A stretch of 64,000 bases of DNA from Candidatus Omnitrophota bacterium. Its GTDB lineage: Bacteria; Omnitrophota; Gorgyraeia; Zapsychrales; Aceulaceae. This document shows positions 29,627-39,646 of this stretch, piece after piece. The number at the start of each line of letters is the position of its first letter. Position 1 is the stretch's first letter. The translations under genes were made by a program, and so were the position numbers. The stretch covers positions 27,919-91,918 of the forward strand of contig JAKQPK010000019.1 in the NCBI GenBank assembly GCA_029564765.1, given 5' to 3'. The notes under the pieces are model-generated. The model had not been told where the DNA came from, did not search any database, and worked only from the letters and a program-made list of their open reading frames with translations.

Positions 29627-31845
29627 GGTGCTGTCTCCTTGTTTCGGTGGACTAAAAGAAATATAAGATAGCATAGGAAACCCACATGCATACTAAGAAT
29701 GAAAAAATAGAAAGCTTGCCCTCCAAAAGGCTTGTAATCGAAAATCACCACATTTTCACCAGCAGGCAGAAAGATCCCTTTAAAAGCTAAATTAGCCCTA
29801 TAAAGAGCGACTGCCTTGCCGTTAACGCTTGCCCTCCATCCAGGCTGAAAACTATCTGTATAGACCAAAAACTTATGTTGAAGAAAATGTGTCCGTATTT
29901 TGATCGTATTAACACTAAAAGAAAGTATGTCAAATTGCTCTGAAGGCCCTGTGATGGCAGCTGTGAGGTCCCTCTTTAATGATGTGTCCGAGCTCAAGGA
30001 TAGTTTTCGTAAGCCTTCTTCGCTATTATTGCTTTCTGCGGAAATAAAAGCAAGATTGGTCAGGCTGGGAAATTTGCTTGCCTGTTGAAAATAAAATGAA
30101 TCATCGCTCACAAAACGAATATGATCATAAAGATGAAACTTATATTTTGTATATTGACTTACGGTATGCAAAGGAAAATGCTTCTTAAGATCATAAGACC
30201 ATTTCGGAGGGTATCCTGCCGCTGTCAGAGGAAATCCGGACGCGTCTTTCATTTGGATATATGCGCGATGCGCATCATAAACATCAAAATCCTCCACAAG
30301 CTCAGGACGAGTAAATGAAAACATGGGACTTGTCGACGGATAAGAACAATTTTGAATGATCCTATCCTTGTTAACATCCATATGCTCTAAAGCCTCATGG
30401 AGCTTCCAAAAGACCTCTACAGGCTGGACAACAACACCTGCGATCAGCAGCAAGAACCATATCGGCTTGTAGGAAAGTTTTCCAAGGACAACAAGGCTAA
30501 AAAATAAAGCGCTCAGCAATATCGCGACATGCGTTGTTGCGATCATTGGCTGTCTTCTTAAAAGAAGCCAAATGCCAAGATGAACAAAAAATACCACAGC
30601 TAAACCCCTATAGCGTGGCATGTCCATCTTTTGTTTTAAAATAAATTTCAGTTGCATTGCCATGAAGAGGATCAGCAGCGGACCTATGATCCCATAAAAC
30701 GATCCTACGCCATGGATCATCTTAAAGAATGGAAAATAATAAAAGAAAGATTTGCACAGCGGAGTCTGATCCCCTAAGGCAACAAAAAACAGTACCGTGG
30801 TCAGCAAGAACAAGATAAAGGATTTACGTGTGATACATACCCAAGAGCCGAGAGCCAAAACACAAAAAACAAAGATGGAAAGATAGCGAGGGCCAAAACA
30901 GACCGAGAGATCATCAAGACGAAAGAACATCTGACGAAAAGTTGTTTGGGCCGTCACGCATAAGGCCGCGATCTTTTCATATGCAACATTAATACCGCCC
31001 TGGTAAACATCGTCCCCGGCTATCTTGCGGTCCAAAGCCAGAACATCCCCCGCGCGCATGATGCTATAACCTTTCAGAGAAACTGCCGCGGCTAACCCCA
31101 AAGCTAAACAACAAACGATAACCAAGCGCCAACGATGCTTAAGGAAAAGCCTGATCGCCCGCGCGTTACTAGCCAATTTTTCACGATAAAATACGCAATA
31201 AAGAAAACACACCAGAAAGAAGACAGTCCACCAATAAAAAGGCAAATAGCATCCTACAATGATCATCATCGTAAAAACAAGGCCGACAAAAAAACGCTTT
31301 TCAAAGGATTGCCAGAACCGGACAAGAAAATAAAAGAACCACGCCATGGGCACGCCGATAAAAACGCTGTTGGGACTATTAAAAATGATCATGCTGGTAA
31401 AAGAAAAAAGAGAAACCAGAAATGCTATGTAAGCGACCAGGTTGTCTTTGAGAATAGCTTTAGCAAGGTAATAGAACCCGATCTGGCCAATAAAAAAATA
31501 CCCTAAATAAGTCCACAAAAATGCGAAATAAAAACTAATTCCTATCTTCTGAAAAATAAGGATCAGAAGCCACATCGGGTTAAATGGCCCGAAATATTGG
31601 AATTCTGCAAGCGTTGGAAATCCCCAGAACAAAAAAGGGGTCCAAAGCGCGAAAACACCCTGTGCCAAATTATCTGTAAAAAATTTAACCGTCGCATAAA
31701 AACTACAAGTATCGCCAACGATGGTGATCCTGCCAAGAACGATCGGATAAAAAAGGATGAGCCAAAGGCCAAAAGGAAGAATAAATTTAAGAAAAGAGAC
31801 TCTTAAAAAAAAGAAATGAATGATATGGCGGAGAAAAGAAGACAT
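29623..31845 (-). CDS. YfhO-like polytopic GT-C glycosyltransferase
   Basis: About 12 TM helices, GD motif after TM1, LWTPF.F.GFP, C-terminal LVYTDSFQPGWRASVNGK..LYRANLAFKGI.LPAG.N.V.F.Y.P typical of YfhO. Confidence 0.8.
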   Translation of the reverse strand: MSSFLRHIIHFFFLRVSFLKFILPFGLWLILFYPIVLGRITIVGDTCSFYATVKFFTDNLAQGVFALWTPFLFWGFPTLAEFQYFGPFNPMWLLILIFQKIGISFYFAFLWTYLGYFFIGQIGFYYLAKAILKDNLVAYIAFLVSLFSFTSMIIFNSPNSVFIGVPMAWFFYFLVRFWQSFEKRFFVGLVFTMMIIVGCYLPFYWWTVFFLVCFLYCVFYREKLASNARAIRLFLKHRWRLVIVCCLALGLAAAVSLKGYSIMRAGDVLALDRKIAGDDVYQGGINVAYEKIAALCVTAQTTFRQMFFRLDDLSVCFGPRYLSIFVFCVLALGSWVCITRKSFILFLLTTVLFFVALGDQTPLCKSFFYYFPFFKMIHGVGSFYGIIGPLLILFMAMQLKFILKQKMDMPRYRGLAVVFFVHLGIWLLLRRQPMIATTHVAILLSALFFSLVVLGKLSYKPIWFLLLIAGVVVQPVEVFWKLHEALEHMDVNKDRIIQNCSYPSTSPMFSFTRPELVEDFDVYDAHRAYIQMKDASGFPLTAAGYPPKWSYDLKKHFPLHTVSQYTKYKFHLYDHIRFVSDDSFYFQQASKFPSLTNLAFISAESNNSEEGLRKLSLSSDTSLKRDLTAAITGPSEQFDILSFSVNTIKIRTHFLQHKFLVYTDSFQPGWRASVNGKAVALYRANLAFKGIFLPAGENVVIFDYKPFGGQAFYFFILSMHVGFLCYLIFLLVHRNKETAP

Positions 31846-31873
31846 GCTTGACGCCTCTGAGATTTCTGTGTTG

Positions 31874-32797
31874 CTATTTTTGCTCTACAAAATCCATCGT
31901 GGCAGCCGCGATCTTATTGGCAGAAAGCCCGTAACAATCTTTTAGGGATTCATAATCCGCGTAGGCAACACAAAACTGATCGTTGATCCCTAACCGTTTT
32001 AAGATCGCCTCATCGTGGCTTTGTGCCAACACTTCCGCGACGGCGCTTCCCAGCCCTCCAATAACACTATGATTCTCGATGGTAATAATTTTCTTTGTTT
32101 CACGCGCAGCTTTTAAGATCTGCTTATCGTCAAGGGGCTTAATCGTGTGGAAATTAAGCAAGCGAACAGAGAGGCCTTCCGCGCTTAATTTTTTTACCGC
32201 CATCAAAGCATCCCAAACCAGATCGCCTGTAGCCATAAGTGTCACATCATAGCCTTCCTGCAAGACAACTGCCTTACCGAGCTCGAAAGAATGATCGCCC
32301 TCATAAACAACATGCTCTTTATTTGTTCCTAGCCTTAGATACACCGGCCCTTGAAGGTGGGCGGCAAGTTCCGTTGCCTTACGTGTTTCTTTGGCATCTG
32401 CTGGCGAAAGGATCGTGATATTTGGTAAGACGCGCATAAGCGCTAAGTCTTCGATCGCATGGTGCGTTGGGCCTAGCGTAGAATATTTAAGGCCTGCGCC
32501 AATGCCGACGATCTTGACATTCATCTGCTGCAAGCAAATATCGTTGCGGATCTGTTCATAAGCCCGCATGACAAGAAATGGGATGATCGTATAAATAAAT
32601 GGAATGGCCCCGCACGAAGCCATTCCGGCCGCGACACTTGTCATCGTAGCTTCCGCAATGCCAAAATTCACAAAATTACGCGCAAAATCTCGACGATAAT
32701 CGTCAAAAACAATAGCGCCATTATCCCCTACCATGGAATAGATTTTGGGGTTTTCTTTTGTGAGCTTTGTAATAGTTTCAATATAGGCGGTTCTCAT
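31874..32797 (-). CDS. Transketolase-like protein, pyrimidine-binding/C-terminal subunit
   Basis: NFGIAE, RAYEQIR, GPTHHAIED, GPVYLRL, TIKPLD, ENH..GGLGSAV. Confidence 0.9.
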   Translation of the reverse strand: MRTAYIETITKLTKENPKIYSMVGDNGAIVFDDYRRDFARNFVNFGIAEATMTSVAAGMASCGAIPFIYTIIPFLVMRAYEQIRNDICLQQMNVKIVGIGAGLKYSTLGPTHHAIEDLALMRVLPNITILSPADAKETRKATELAAHLQGPVYLRLGTNKEHVVYEGDHSFELGKAVVLQEGYDVTLMATGDLVWDALMAVKKLSAEGLSVRLLNFHTIKPLDDKQILKAARETKKIITIENHSVIGGLGSAVAEVLAQSHDEAILKRLGINDQFCVAYADYESLKDCYGLSANKIAAATMDFVEQK

Positions 32798-33627
32798 AAA
32801 CTTTTGAGGTCTTCTTCGGATAATTGCAGGTCTTTTAGCGCGATCTTCAGCTCTTCGGTATTCGGCATGCGATAATGCCAGATCGGCGCATTTTCCATAA
32901 AAGAAATCCCCTTGCCTTTTACAGTATGCGCGATGACCATGCTGGGCTTGCCTTTTTTAAATGGAACTTTCTTAAGCGCGCAAGAAATATCTTCTGTATC
33001 ATGTCCGTTCACCTCGACAACCTCCCAGCCAAATGCTTTCCATTTGTCCGCCAAAGGTGACAGGCTGCCGACATTATCTAGAAAATCAATGGCCTGCAAT
33101 TTATTATAATCAGTAATCGCGACCAAATTATCTAACTTATGTTGAGCCGCGAAAATAGCTGCCTCCCAAACACTTCCCTCTTGGCACTCCCCATCCCCTA
33201 AAAGGCAATAGACCTTATAATCTTTTTGATCTTGCTTACCGGCAAAAGCAATGCCCGCGCCATAAGGAAACCCATGCCCTAAAGACCCTGTCGAAGCATC
33301 AACGCCAGGCACCTTGACCATGTCCGGATGCCCGCCGAGGGGGCTTCCTAAATGACACGCAGAGGCCAACAGTTTGCGGTCAAAAAAACCTTTCATAGCT
33401 AACACAGAAAAAAGCGCAACGCCTGCGTGGCCCTTGCTGAGGATGAACCTGTCGCGGTCTTGCGCATGAGGATCTTGCGGATCAACACGAAGAAATCGAA
33501 AATAAAGGACAACAAGGATCTCCGCGATAGAAAGGCTTGAGGGTATATGCCCTCCTCCTGCCCAATAAATGGTCTTGAAAATAAGTTGGCGCAATTCCTG
33601 CGCACGTTGAGCTAGCTCGTTGGTCAT
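32794..33627 (-). CDS. Transketolase-like protein, TPP-binding N-terminal subunit
   Basis: GH..SSLS, DRFILSKGH, STGSLGHG, GDGECQEG..N TPP motif, TVKGKG. Confidence 0.92.
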   Translation of the reverse strand: MTNELAQRAQELRQLIFKTIYWAGGGHIPSSLSIAEILVVLYFRFLRVDPQDPHAQDRDRFILSKGHAGVALFSVLAMKGFFDRKLLASACHLGSPLGGHPDMVKVPGVDASTGSLGHGFPYGAGIAFAGKQDQKDYKVYCLLGDGECQEGSVWEAAIFAAQHKLDNLVAITDYNKLQAIDFLDNVGSLSPLADKWKAFGWEVVEVNGHDTEDISCALKKVPFKKGKPSMVIAHTVKGKGISFMENAPIWHYRMPNTEELKIALKDLQLSEEDLKSL

Positions 33628-33631
33628 TTCT

Positions 33632-35200
33632 TTATGAATTTTTCGCGATCATAAAACCAACGCCGCCGAACAGCGAGCGTTTTGTCCAATCCCACACAAG
33701 ATACAACGGCATCAAATACCGTAAAACCGGAAAAATCCTTTCATACGGGGGCTTGCCGTACAACAAGAAACCTTGCGCGACAAGTTTATTGTTTTCCTCT
33801 AAAGAATTCTTCAAAAGATGCTTCACGCGAGCAGTAAATAAAGGGCGCACAAGCTCTTGCAAAAGCGATGTTTTGATCAACTGAATTTCTTTAAAGTCAG
33901 AAAATAAATCTACAAGCTCTTGGGTCGAATAGCGACGGTAATGTCCCATCGCGCGGTCCCAATCATTATACAATGCCTTACCTAAAACTGTTGTGCAAAT
34001 TATTATCCCATCTTTCTTTAAAAGTGCACGCATATTACGCAGCAATATTTTATCATCTGGCACATGCTCAAGAAGGCCGTTGCAAACGATCATGTCCCAC
34101 TTGCGATCGACAATCGCTACCTGCTTTTCATCTAAAATATCCAAAGATAGAACCTCTATCTTGCGGTTATCTGCAAAATATTCCTTGGAAAAATCAAGAG
34201 CCGCTGGCAAGTTATCCAGCAGCGTTCCTTTTGGATAATCATCTTCTTTTAAATATTTAAAAATAGATTCCAGGCCAGGACCGACCTCAAGGACGCCTTG
34301 AGGTTGATACTTTCGCACTAAGGTTATTTCGACAAGATATTCAATATACCGATATAAACTGCAGGGTTTCTTAGGAACCAGAAAATCGCGCCCCAAGATC
34401 ATAATATCTTTTAATGAAACAAAAGGTGATCGGCAAGAATTCATAATGTTCATGCTGCTATTAGCGATGCGTTTAACTGGAAAATGGTCATACTGCCTGC
34501 GGTTCTTGATCTCAACATCCCAAAAAAGACGCATCAAGGTCGCGCACACTTTAATGATGTTCTTGATTTTAAACGCCTTTGTCTTTCGTTCCCCTGGACT
34601 TTTGATACAGATCGGTACCTCGATGAAACTGTGCCCCAAACGGATCAATCTTACAAGCAGAGTCGACATAAAAGCAAAATCCTTGCATGTCAGATCAACG
34701 CCTTTCAAGAGTTCTCGTCGATGGATGGCGGGTCCCGTGTAATAACGCAAACCGCAACGAAAGGCCATGTTCAAAACAAAAACGTAGAGCTTAGAAATGA
34801 TCTGGCGCGAAAACGGGCGCACGTTGACATTGGTCGTAAAAGGAACAACGATATCTGCTTTTCCGACGTAGCGGAATATTTCCGTGATACTCTTTTCTTC
34901 GTGCTCGTTATCTCCGGGGAGGATACACACGTAACCCATGCGCGCCATAGGAACGCCACAGCTAAACGCATATCCAAAGCCTTGATTCCTTTCGTTGTGG
35001 ACGGCAATGATCTTTGGATTCTCTTGGGATAACTGATCGATCAACTGTGGCGTGGCATCCGTACTCTTATCATCAAAAATAATGATCTCATAATCATCGA
35101 ACTGATTGCTCTGAATAGCCGACAAAGCAACTTGAACTGTGCCTGCGATATTCTTTTCTTCATTATAGGCCGCGATGATAACAGAAATCGTTTTAGACAT
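33632..35200 (-). CDS. Fusion of a GT2 (polyprenol-phosphate glycosyltransferase-like) and a class I SAM methyltransferase
   Basis: N-terminal ISVIIAAYNEE, DDKSTD, NQGFG; C-terminal VLEVGPG, LLEHVPDD, GHYRRY. Confidence 0.85.
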   Translation of the reverse strand: MSKTISVIIAAYNEEKNIAGTVQVALSAIQSNQFDDYEIIIFDDKSTDATPQLIDQLSQENPKIIAVHNERNQGFGYAFSCGVPMARMGYVCILPGDNEHEEKSITEIFRYVGKADIVVPFTTNVNVRPFSRQIISKLYVFVLNMAFRCGLRYYTGPAIHRRELLKGVDLTCKDFAFMSTLLVRLIRLGHSFIEVPICIKSPGERKTKAFKIKNIIKVCATLMRLFWDVEIKNRRQYDHFPVKRIANSSMNIMNSCRSPFVSLKDIMILGRDFLVPKKPCSLYRYIEYLVEITLVRKYQPQGVLEVGPGLESIFKYLKEDDYPKGTLLDNLPAALDFSKEYFADNRKIEVLSLDILDEKQVAIVDRKWDMIVCNGLLEHVPDDKILLRNMRALLKKDGIIICTTVLGKALYNDWDRAMGHYRRYSTQELVDLFSDFKEIQLIKTSLLQELVRPLFTARVKHLLKNSLEENNKLVAQGFLLYGKPPYERIFPVLRYLMPLYLVWDWTKRSLFGGVGFMIAKNS

Positions 35201-35202
35201 AT

Positions 35203-36627
35203 TTACCCTAACAATCGTCGAAAATTCTTAAGGCTGAACCAGATCATTTTTAAAAAGTCCTTACGCTCAGCCCGCACATAGACCAGAAAATACATAAAAC
35301 CGAACCATAGTTTAAATAAAATATTAGGCTTCATGTGGATCAACTTCTTAATAAACGGAAAAGTCCAGGGCAACAAAACAGCCGTCTGAAAAAATTTCTG
35401 CAAATTTTCCAGTTCGCGGATATGCGGATGCCGTGTCAGATTGGATGCGGCAAAAAAAGAACTCGCAAGACAATCAATGTTGTAATCTGCCGGCAAAAGC
35501 CCGCTTTCGATCGCCTGCTGTGTAAGTTTTGTTCCAGGAAACGGCATGAACACCGCACACCATGGAAAATCTGTTTTAATATCAATGTTAAACTGTACCG
35601 TTGTCAATGCCTGAGAAAGGGTCTCTCCCGGCAGACCTAAGATATTGAACGTCCGAAACGGAATACCCGCTTTATGCAGGGACTCAGCAGCCAAAAGGAT
35701 ATGATTGTTACTCACATTCTTTTTTAAGACTTCATTCCTTAAAGATTCGTCACCGGATTCAATGCCGAAAGAGACCATCTTGCATCCGCTTTGCGCGAGA
35801 AGCGCGGCATACTCTGCGTTCTTGGCTAAAACATCCGCGCGCACTAAACAAAAAAATGGCAATCCCACCTTGCTGCTGTATTCGCTTAAGAATTCTTTCT
35901 GCCAAGACATATTAAGGCCAAAGACATCGTCGGAAAAGAAAATGATCTTTGTTCTGTATTTATCACGTAGCTCTTGGCATTCTTCGATAACGCTTGCGAC
36001 ATTCCGGAATCGCACATATTTTCCTTTGTCGCGATAGATCTCGCGCATTGCCTCATTAAAACAAAATGTACATTGATAAGGACAACCGCGAGACGTGATC
36101 ACATGCCGCACGCTAAAATCGATCTTTTTTTCTAGTATCTGATACAGTTCTCTATCCGGCGCTGGGTATCGATCAAGATCTTCTGATAGAGCGCGGACAT
36201 CGTTACGGTAGATCTGCCCATTTTCTTTGACCCAAAGATTTCTGATCGAGCAAGGATCTGTCTTTTTATCAAAACAGTTCAATAGTTCCAGGATCGCGTC
36301 TTCGCCTTCACCTCGAATGACAATATCGACGCCATCTTTTTCAATGAGATCGGGAAAATGTGTCGGATGAGGCCCTCCAAAGATACTTTTGATGCTATAT
36401 TCGGCCTTGATCGCCCGCGCCATTTCCAAAGCCCAAAGATGACTTCCACTCATGACGGAAAACGCGATAAAATCAGGCTGGAAATCTTTTATGGATGCTT
36501 GAAAATCCGTCAACGTTGCGCCTATGGATAAACGAACTTCATGTCCATTCTTTTTCAGATAGGACGAAATACACGCGGGCCCTAAAAACTCAAATTCCAG
36601 GTCTTGTAAGAAAAGAAGTCGTGCCAT
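35203..36627 (-). CDS. Cobalamin-dependent radical SAM enzyme
   Basis: N-terminal B12-binding domain (GGPHPT, GEGE), SRGCPYQCTFC, GIESG, LGLPGET, PFPGT. Confidence 0.92.
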   Translation of the reverse strand: MARLLFLQDLEFEFLGPACISSYLKKNGHEVRLSIGATLTDFQASIKDFQPDFIAFSVMSGSHLWALEMARAIKAEYSIKSIFGGPHPTHFPDLIEKDGVDIVIRGEGEDAILELLNCFDKKTDPCSIRNLWVKENGQIYRNDVRALSEDLDRYPAPDRELYQILEKKIDFSVRHVITSRGCPYQCTFCFNEAMREIYRDKGKYVRFRNVASVIEECQELRDKYRTKIIFFSDDVFGLNMSWQKEFLSEYSSKVGLPFFCLVRADVLAKNAEYAALLAQSGCKMVSFGIESGDESLRNEVLKKNVSNNHILLAAESLHKAGIPFRTFNILGLPGETLSQALTTVQFNIDIKTDFPWCAVFMPFPGTKLTQQAIESGLLPADYNIDCLASSFFAASNLTRHPHIRELENLQKFFQTAVLLPWTFPFIKKLIHMKPNILFKLWFGFMYFLVYVRAERKDFLKMIWFSLKNFRRLLG

Positions 36628-36634
36628 AAGGGTA

Positions 36635-37702
36635 TTAAATAAAGTTGACGTGGGCCGAAGGATTCTTCAATTCCCACAAATATCGATTCACTTCATCCAT
36701 GCGGCAATTGACACGGCAACGGCAGGGATGAAGATTTTTTTTAGCCCAAAGGAGAGATCTTTTTCGTCGGCTCCCCTCCCAGATCTGCTGGAATGTTTTT
36801 TGATAAAGATTACCGTAATAAAATTTTGGGTTTCCTAAGAAAACGCTGCATCCCCACACATCGCCTCCGGCATCAACATAAGACCAAAACGGAAGACCCA
36901 GGCATCGTTCATAGGCAGGCCTGGATTCATCCCATTTTTGCATGGTGTTCAGTCGAAAGATGGTAGAAAAAGAAGATGAGTTCAATCCCTGCAGGTCTTT
37001 CTTAAGTTTTTCGTAAGGCTGATACTTGATCGCCTGATAACGCTTCGTAATACTCTGCGGATGCTGTGAATAAGGTTTGATAACAAGATAGTCCATGCCA
37101 ATTTTTCTTGCTTTTTTAGCAAGCAACAACACTTCTCTGGCGTTGTCCGGGAGCAAAACCATCTGCATGCCTAGCGTACAGGAAAATCCTTTATCTTTAC
37201 GCAAAGCTGCTGCATAACTCATATTCTGGATCACCATATCAAAGTCTTTTTCCGGGCATCGATGGATCTTGGCATACGTTTCTTTCGCGCCTGCGTTGAT
37301 GCTGACCTTGATCCACGTGCACGAGCGCAGAAGGTCAGATGCAACTTCTTTTTTTAACAGAACACCATTTGTTGTTAGCGCTGCATCGATACCACAGGCT
37401 CTTGTCTTCTGGACAATGCTCACAATATCCTTGTGCAACAAAGGCTCCCCTTCTCCTGCGTACATAATGCTTTTGAGGCCTAAGCGTCCGAACTCTGTTA
37501 AACGTTTTAAGAAAATACTTGTATCTAAATATCGTGGTTGATACTTCATAAAATCCAACCCGCAATAAACACATCGATGATTGCAAGCGCCTGACGGACT
37601 AGCTTCCATATAGAGAGGATAAATATTCTTTCCTTTTACCCAATCCGAAACTCTCTGCGGATGATATAAAAGCTTATGACTATCGATACGGTACTTATCC
37701 AT
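36635..37702 (-). CDS. Radical SAM enzyme with twitch/SPASM domain
   Basis: CNHRCVYC, GEGEPLL, C-x16-G.V..C..C..CR; start at the ATG at 37702 (MDKYRIDSHKL) with SD AAGGAG. Confidence 0.9.
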   Translation of the reverse strand: MDKYRIDSHKLLYHPQRVSDWVKGKNIYPLYMEASPSGACNHRCVYCGLDFMKYQPRYLDTSIFLKRLTEFGRLGLKSIMYAGEGEPLLHKDIVSIVQKTRACGIDAALTTNGVLLKKEVASDLLRSCTWIKVSINAGAKETYAKIHRCPEKDFDMVIQNMSYAAALRKDKGFSCTLGMQMVLLPDNAREVLLLAKKARKIGMDYLVIKPYSQHPQSITKRYQAIKYQPYEKLKKDLQGLNSSSFSTIFRLNTMQKWDESRPAYERCLGLPFWSYVDAGGDVWGCSVFLGNPKFYYGNLYQKTFQQIWEGSRRKRSLLWAKKNLHPCRCRVNCRMDEVNRYLWELKNPSAHVNFI

Positions 37703-38633
37703 AAAGCTCCTTGTACAGCCGACGGCAATATTGTTCAACAGTTTTAGGCAATATCTCTTCCATGCAGGGTTTTTTATATTGGCAAACCGGCAAGAAACAA
37801 GGTCTGCATGGACATGTCGAAGGTGACAAAATAATATGCGTTCCTGGAACCCCCGCCATACGCCTGTGGTTCGTTGGGCCAAAAAGTGTAACCGCAGGCT
37901 TGCCGAGAGCCTGAGCGATGATCTGGCCCAATGAATCAGATGTAGCGATCATCCGACAGCTGTCGATCCAGCGGATATACTGATGCAAATTCTTATGCCC
38001 TTGCTGCCAGCTGATCTTAAAATCTTTTTTAAGCCGACACTCAAGATCTTTCCAGTTTTTCATAGGCCAACCTTTTGTTGGCCACTTGGAGCCGACCGCA
38101 TAATTAAGTCCAATATCATATATTTCCTTACTGCGCTTCCTTGGCCTTAAAATAGGCCCTCGTCCTGTCCAGCTTCTTCCTACCGCCCTGCAAAGAATTT
38201 GAGCTGTGTTACCCGTCATCTTGTGATGATTTTCTTGACCGGCAAGCAAAAGGCGCGTAGGTGAACGATAAACCGCAATATCTTGCGATTGGTCGTTAAA
38301 ATAAAATCCGTATTTCTTTTTTGCCTTCACATCTTGAAGAAAGGCGCAGATCCCAATATCTTTTTCAAGGTTGATAAAGATATCATAATGTTTGCGCATG
38401 ATGGGACCGAGTGCCTTACTCCCAAAGACAACAAGGCGCTTGATACAGGGATTATTCTCAAGAAGCTCCTTGGCTGCGGCTGATACGACCCATGTCACTT
38501 CATCATCTTTATAAAGATGTAAAAGGGTCGTACAAAAGAGAACATCACCGAGGCTGACAACGGTCGAAACACCTCTATCGAGGAATTCTGAAAACCCTGT
38601 CTTAATAATAAGTATTTTCTTGTGTTTTTTCAT
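37695..38633 (-). CDS. GT9 family (heptosyltransferase-like) glycosyltransferase
   Basis: KILIIK, SLGDVL, L.NNP, K.W, TSDS, LFGPT, C-terminal C.PC..C..CM. Confidence 0.85.
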   Translation of the reverse strand: MKKHKKILIIKTGFSEFLDRGVSTVVSLGDVLFCTTLLHLYKDDEVTWVVSAAAKELLENNPCIKRLVVFGSKALGPIMRKHYDIFINLEKDIGICAFLQDVKAKKKYGFYFNDQSQDIAVYRSPTRLLLAGQENHHKMTGNTAQILCRAVGRSWTGRGPILRPRKRSKEIYDIGLNYAVGSKWPTKGWPMKNWKDLECRLKKDFKISWQQGHKNLHQYIRWIDSCRMIATSDSLGQIIAQALGKPAVTLFGPTNHRRMAGVPGTHIILSPSTCPCRPCFLPVCQYKKPCMEEILPKTVEQYCRRLYKELYG

Positions 38634-39535
38634 AAAAAACGAATATCCACAGAACAATAACCATCTTCCTGAAGATGGTTTGTCTTGATCTTAATATCGC
38701 AGGGGCTACATAAACCATACGACGCGCAGTCGCGATAATCGTGCTCGATTCTCAAGTCTGGGTCAAGCAAATTGCCGATCGCCAGATCATCCCGCTTGGC
38801 ATAGAGGTCCGCGTGACAACGATAGATCGTTCCTTCTGGTGAGATTGGCAGAACAGTATTCTTGCACTGCACACTTTTGCCAACATTCTTTCCACAGCAG
38901 GCATCAGAATATCTATACTGACCATAAAGCTTCCCTTGCCATGAACCTAAAAAGGCTTTTGTGCGAAACTCCACGCCTTGGCTTTTAGCATACGCGCCGA
39001 TTTCTTGTGTGAGCTCAGGATAACCAGGATGTTCAATGTGAAAAAGTCCGATCGACAAGATCTTCTGCAGGTCTTTAATGCGATCGATCAAGTTTTTGTA
39101 GTCGTTCTGCCCATTATGAAAACTTACGCGGATCGTTGGATAAGGCGCTGGTCGCTTGTTCCACTCAAGAGTTCTTAATTTCAAAAATCGTTCCGGGGTC
39201 ACATGAGCTGGTAAGGCCGTCAAGATATCGATCTTCTGGTGAACATTTTCTAGAATTTCCCATATTCCTTGATGTAAAAAAGGCTCTCCGCCCTGCAAGG
39301 TAACAGGAACCCCGCTCGGGAGGTTGAGACGATCTAAAGCCTGGATCCACTGGGCAGCGCTTAACTCATCAGAAATTTTAAGGTTATGATTAATATAATT
39401 ATTTATATAATTTGTAATGCAATAAGGACAGGCAAGAAAACAACGACGGGTTAAATAAACGCCCACATAATCTGTTTCTGAAGGGACTTCGACCTTAGGT
39501 AAATCTTTGTGAGTGAATGGTTTAGATAATGCCAT
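38630..39535 (-). CDS. Radical SAM enzyme with C-terminal Cys-rich (SPASM-like) domain
   Basis: CFLACPYC, GGEPF, C..ISPEG.IYRC..C..G.C.PCD. Confidence 0.88.
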   Translation of the reverse strand: MALSKPFTHKDLPKVEVPSETDYVGVYLTRRCFLACPYCITNYINNYINHNLKISDELSAAQWIQALDRLNLPSGVPVTLQGGEPFLHQGIWEILENVHQKIDILTALPAHVTPERFLKLRTLEWNKRPAPYPTIRVSFHNGQNDYKNLIDRIKDLQKILSIGLFHIEHPGYPELTQEIGAYAKSQGVEFRTKAFLGSWQGKLYGQYRYSDACCGKNVGKSVQCKNTVLPISPEGTIYRCHADLYAKRDDLAIGNLLDPDLRIEHDYRDCASYGLCSPCDIKIKTNHLQEDGYCSVDIRFL

Positions 39536-39554
39536 AAAAACCTTGAGTGTGATT

Positions 39555-39583
39555 ATTATACATTATCTAAAAAAGTTCTCCAA
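39555..39583 (-). promoter_or_regulatory. Putative sigma70 promoter of the radical-SAM/glycosyltransferase operon
   Basis: TTGGAG, 17-nt spacer, TATAAT, ending about 20 nt before the ATG at 39535. Confidence 0.55.
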
Positions 39584-39646
39584 TAAATATTCTAAAGAGC
39601 TGACCATCGCTAATCGAGATCTATAAAAAGATCAGAAACAGAAAAA

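Noticed and set aside
31805-31812. A8 tract near the start of the YfhO-like gene as a phase-variation site
   Set aside because: Short A/T runs are common in this AT-rich region and the frame is intact
34484-35032. 182-aa plus-strand ORF
   Set aside because: Antisense to the GT2 domain, no recognisable features
35203-39535. RiPP cluster interpretation of the SPASM radical SAMs
   Set aside because: No precursor peptide, PqqD/RRE domain or peptidase transporter; the context is glycosyltransferases
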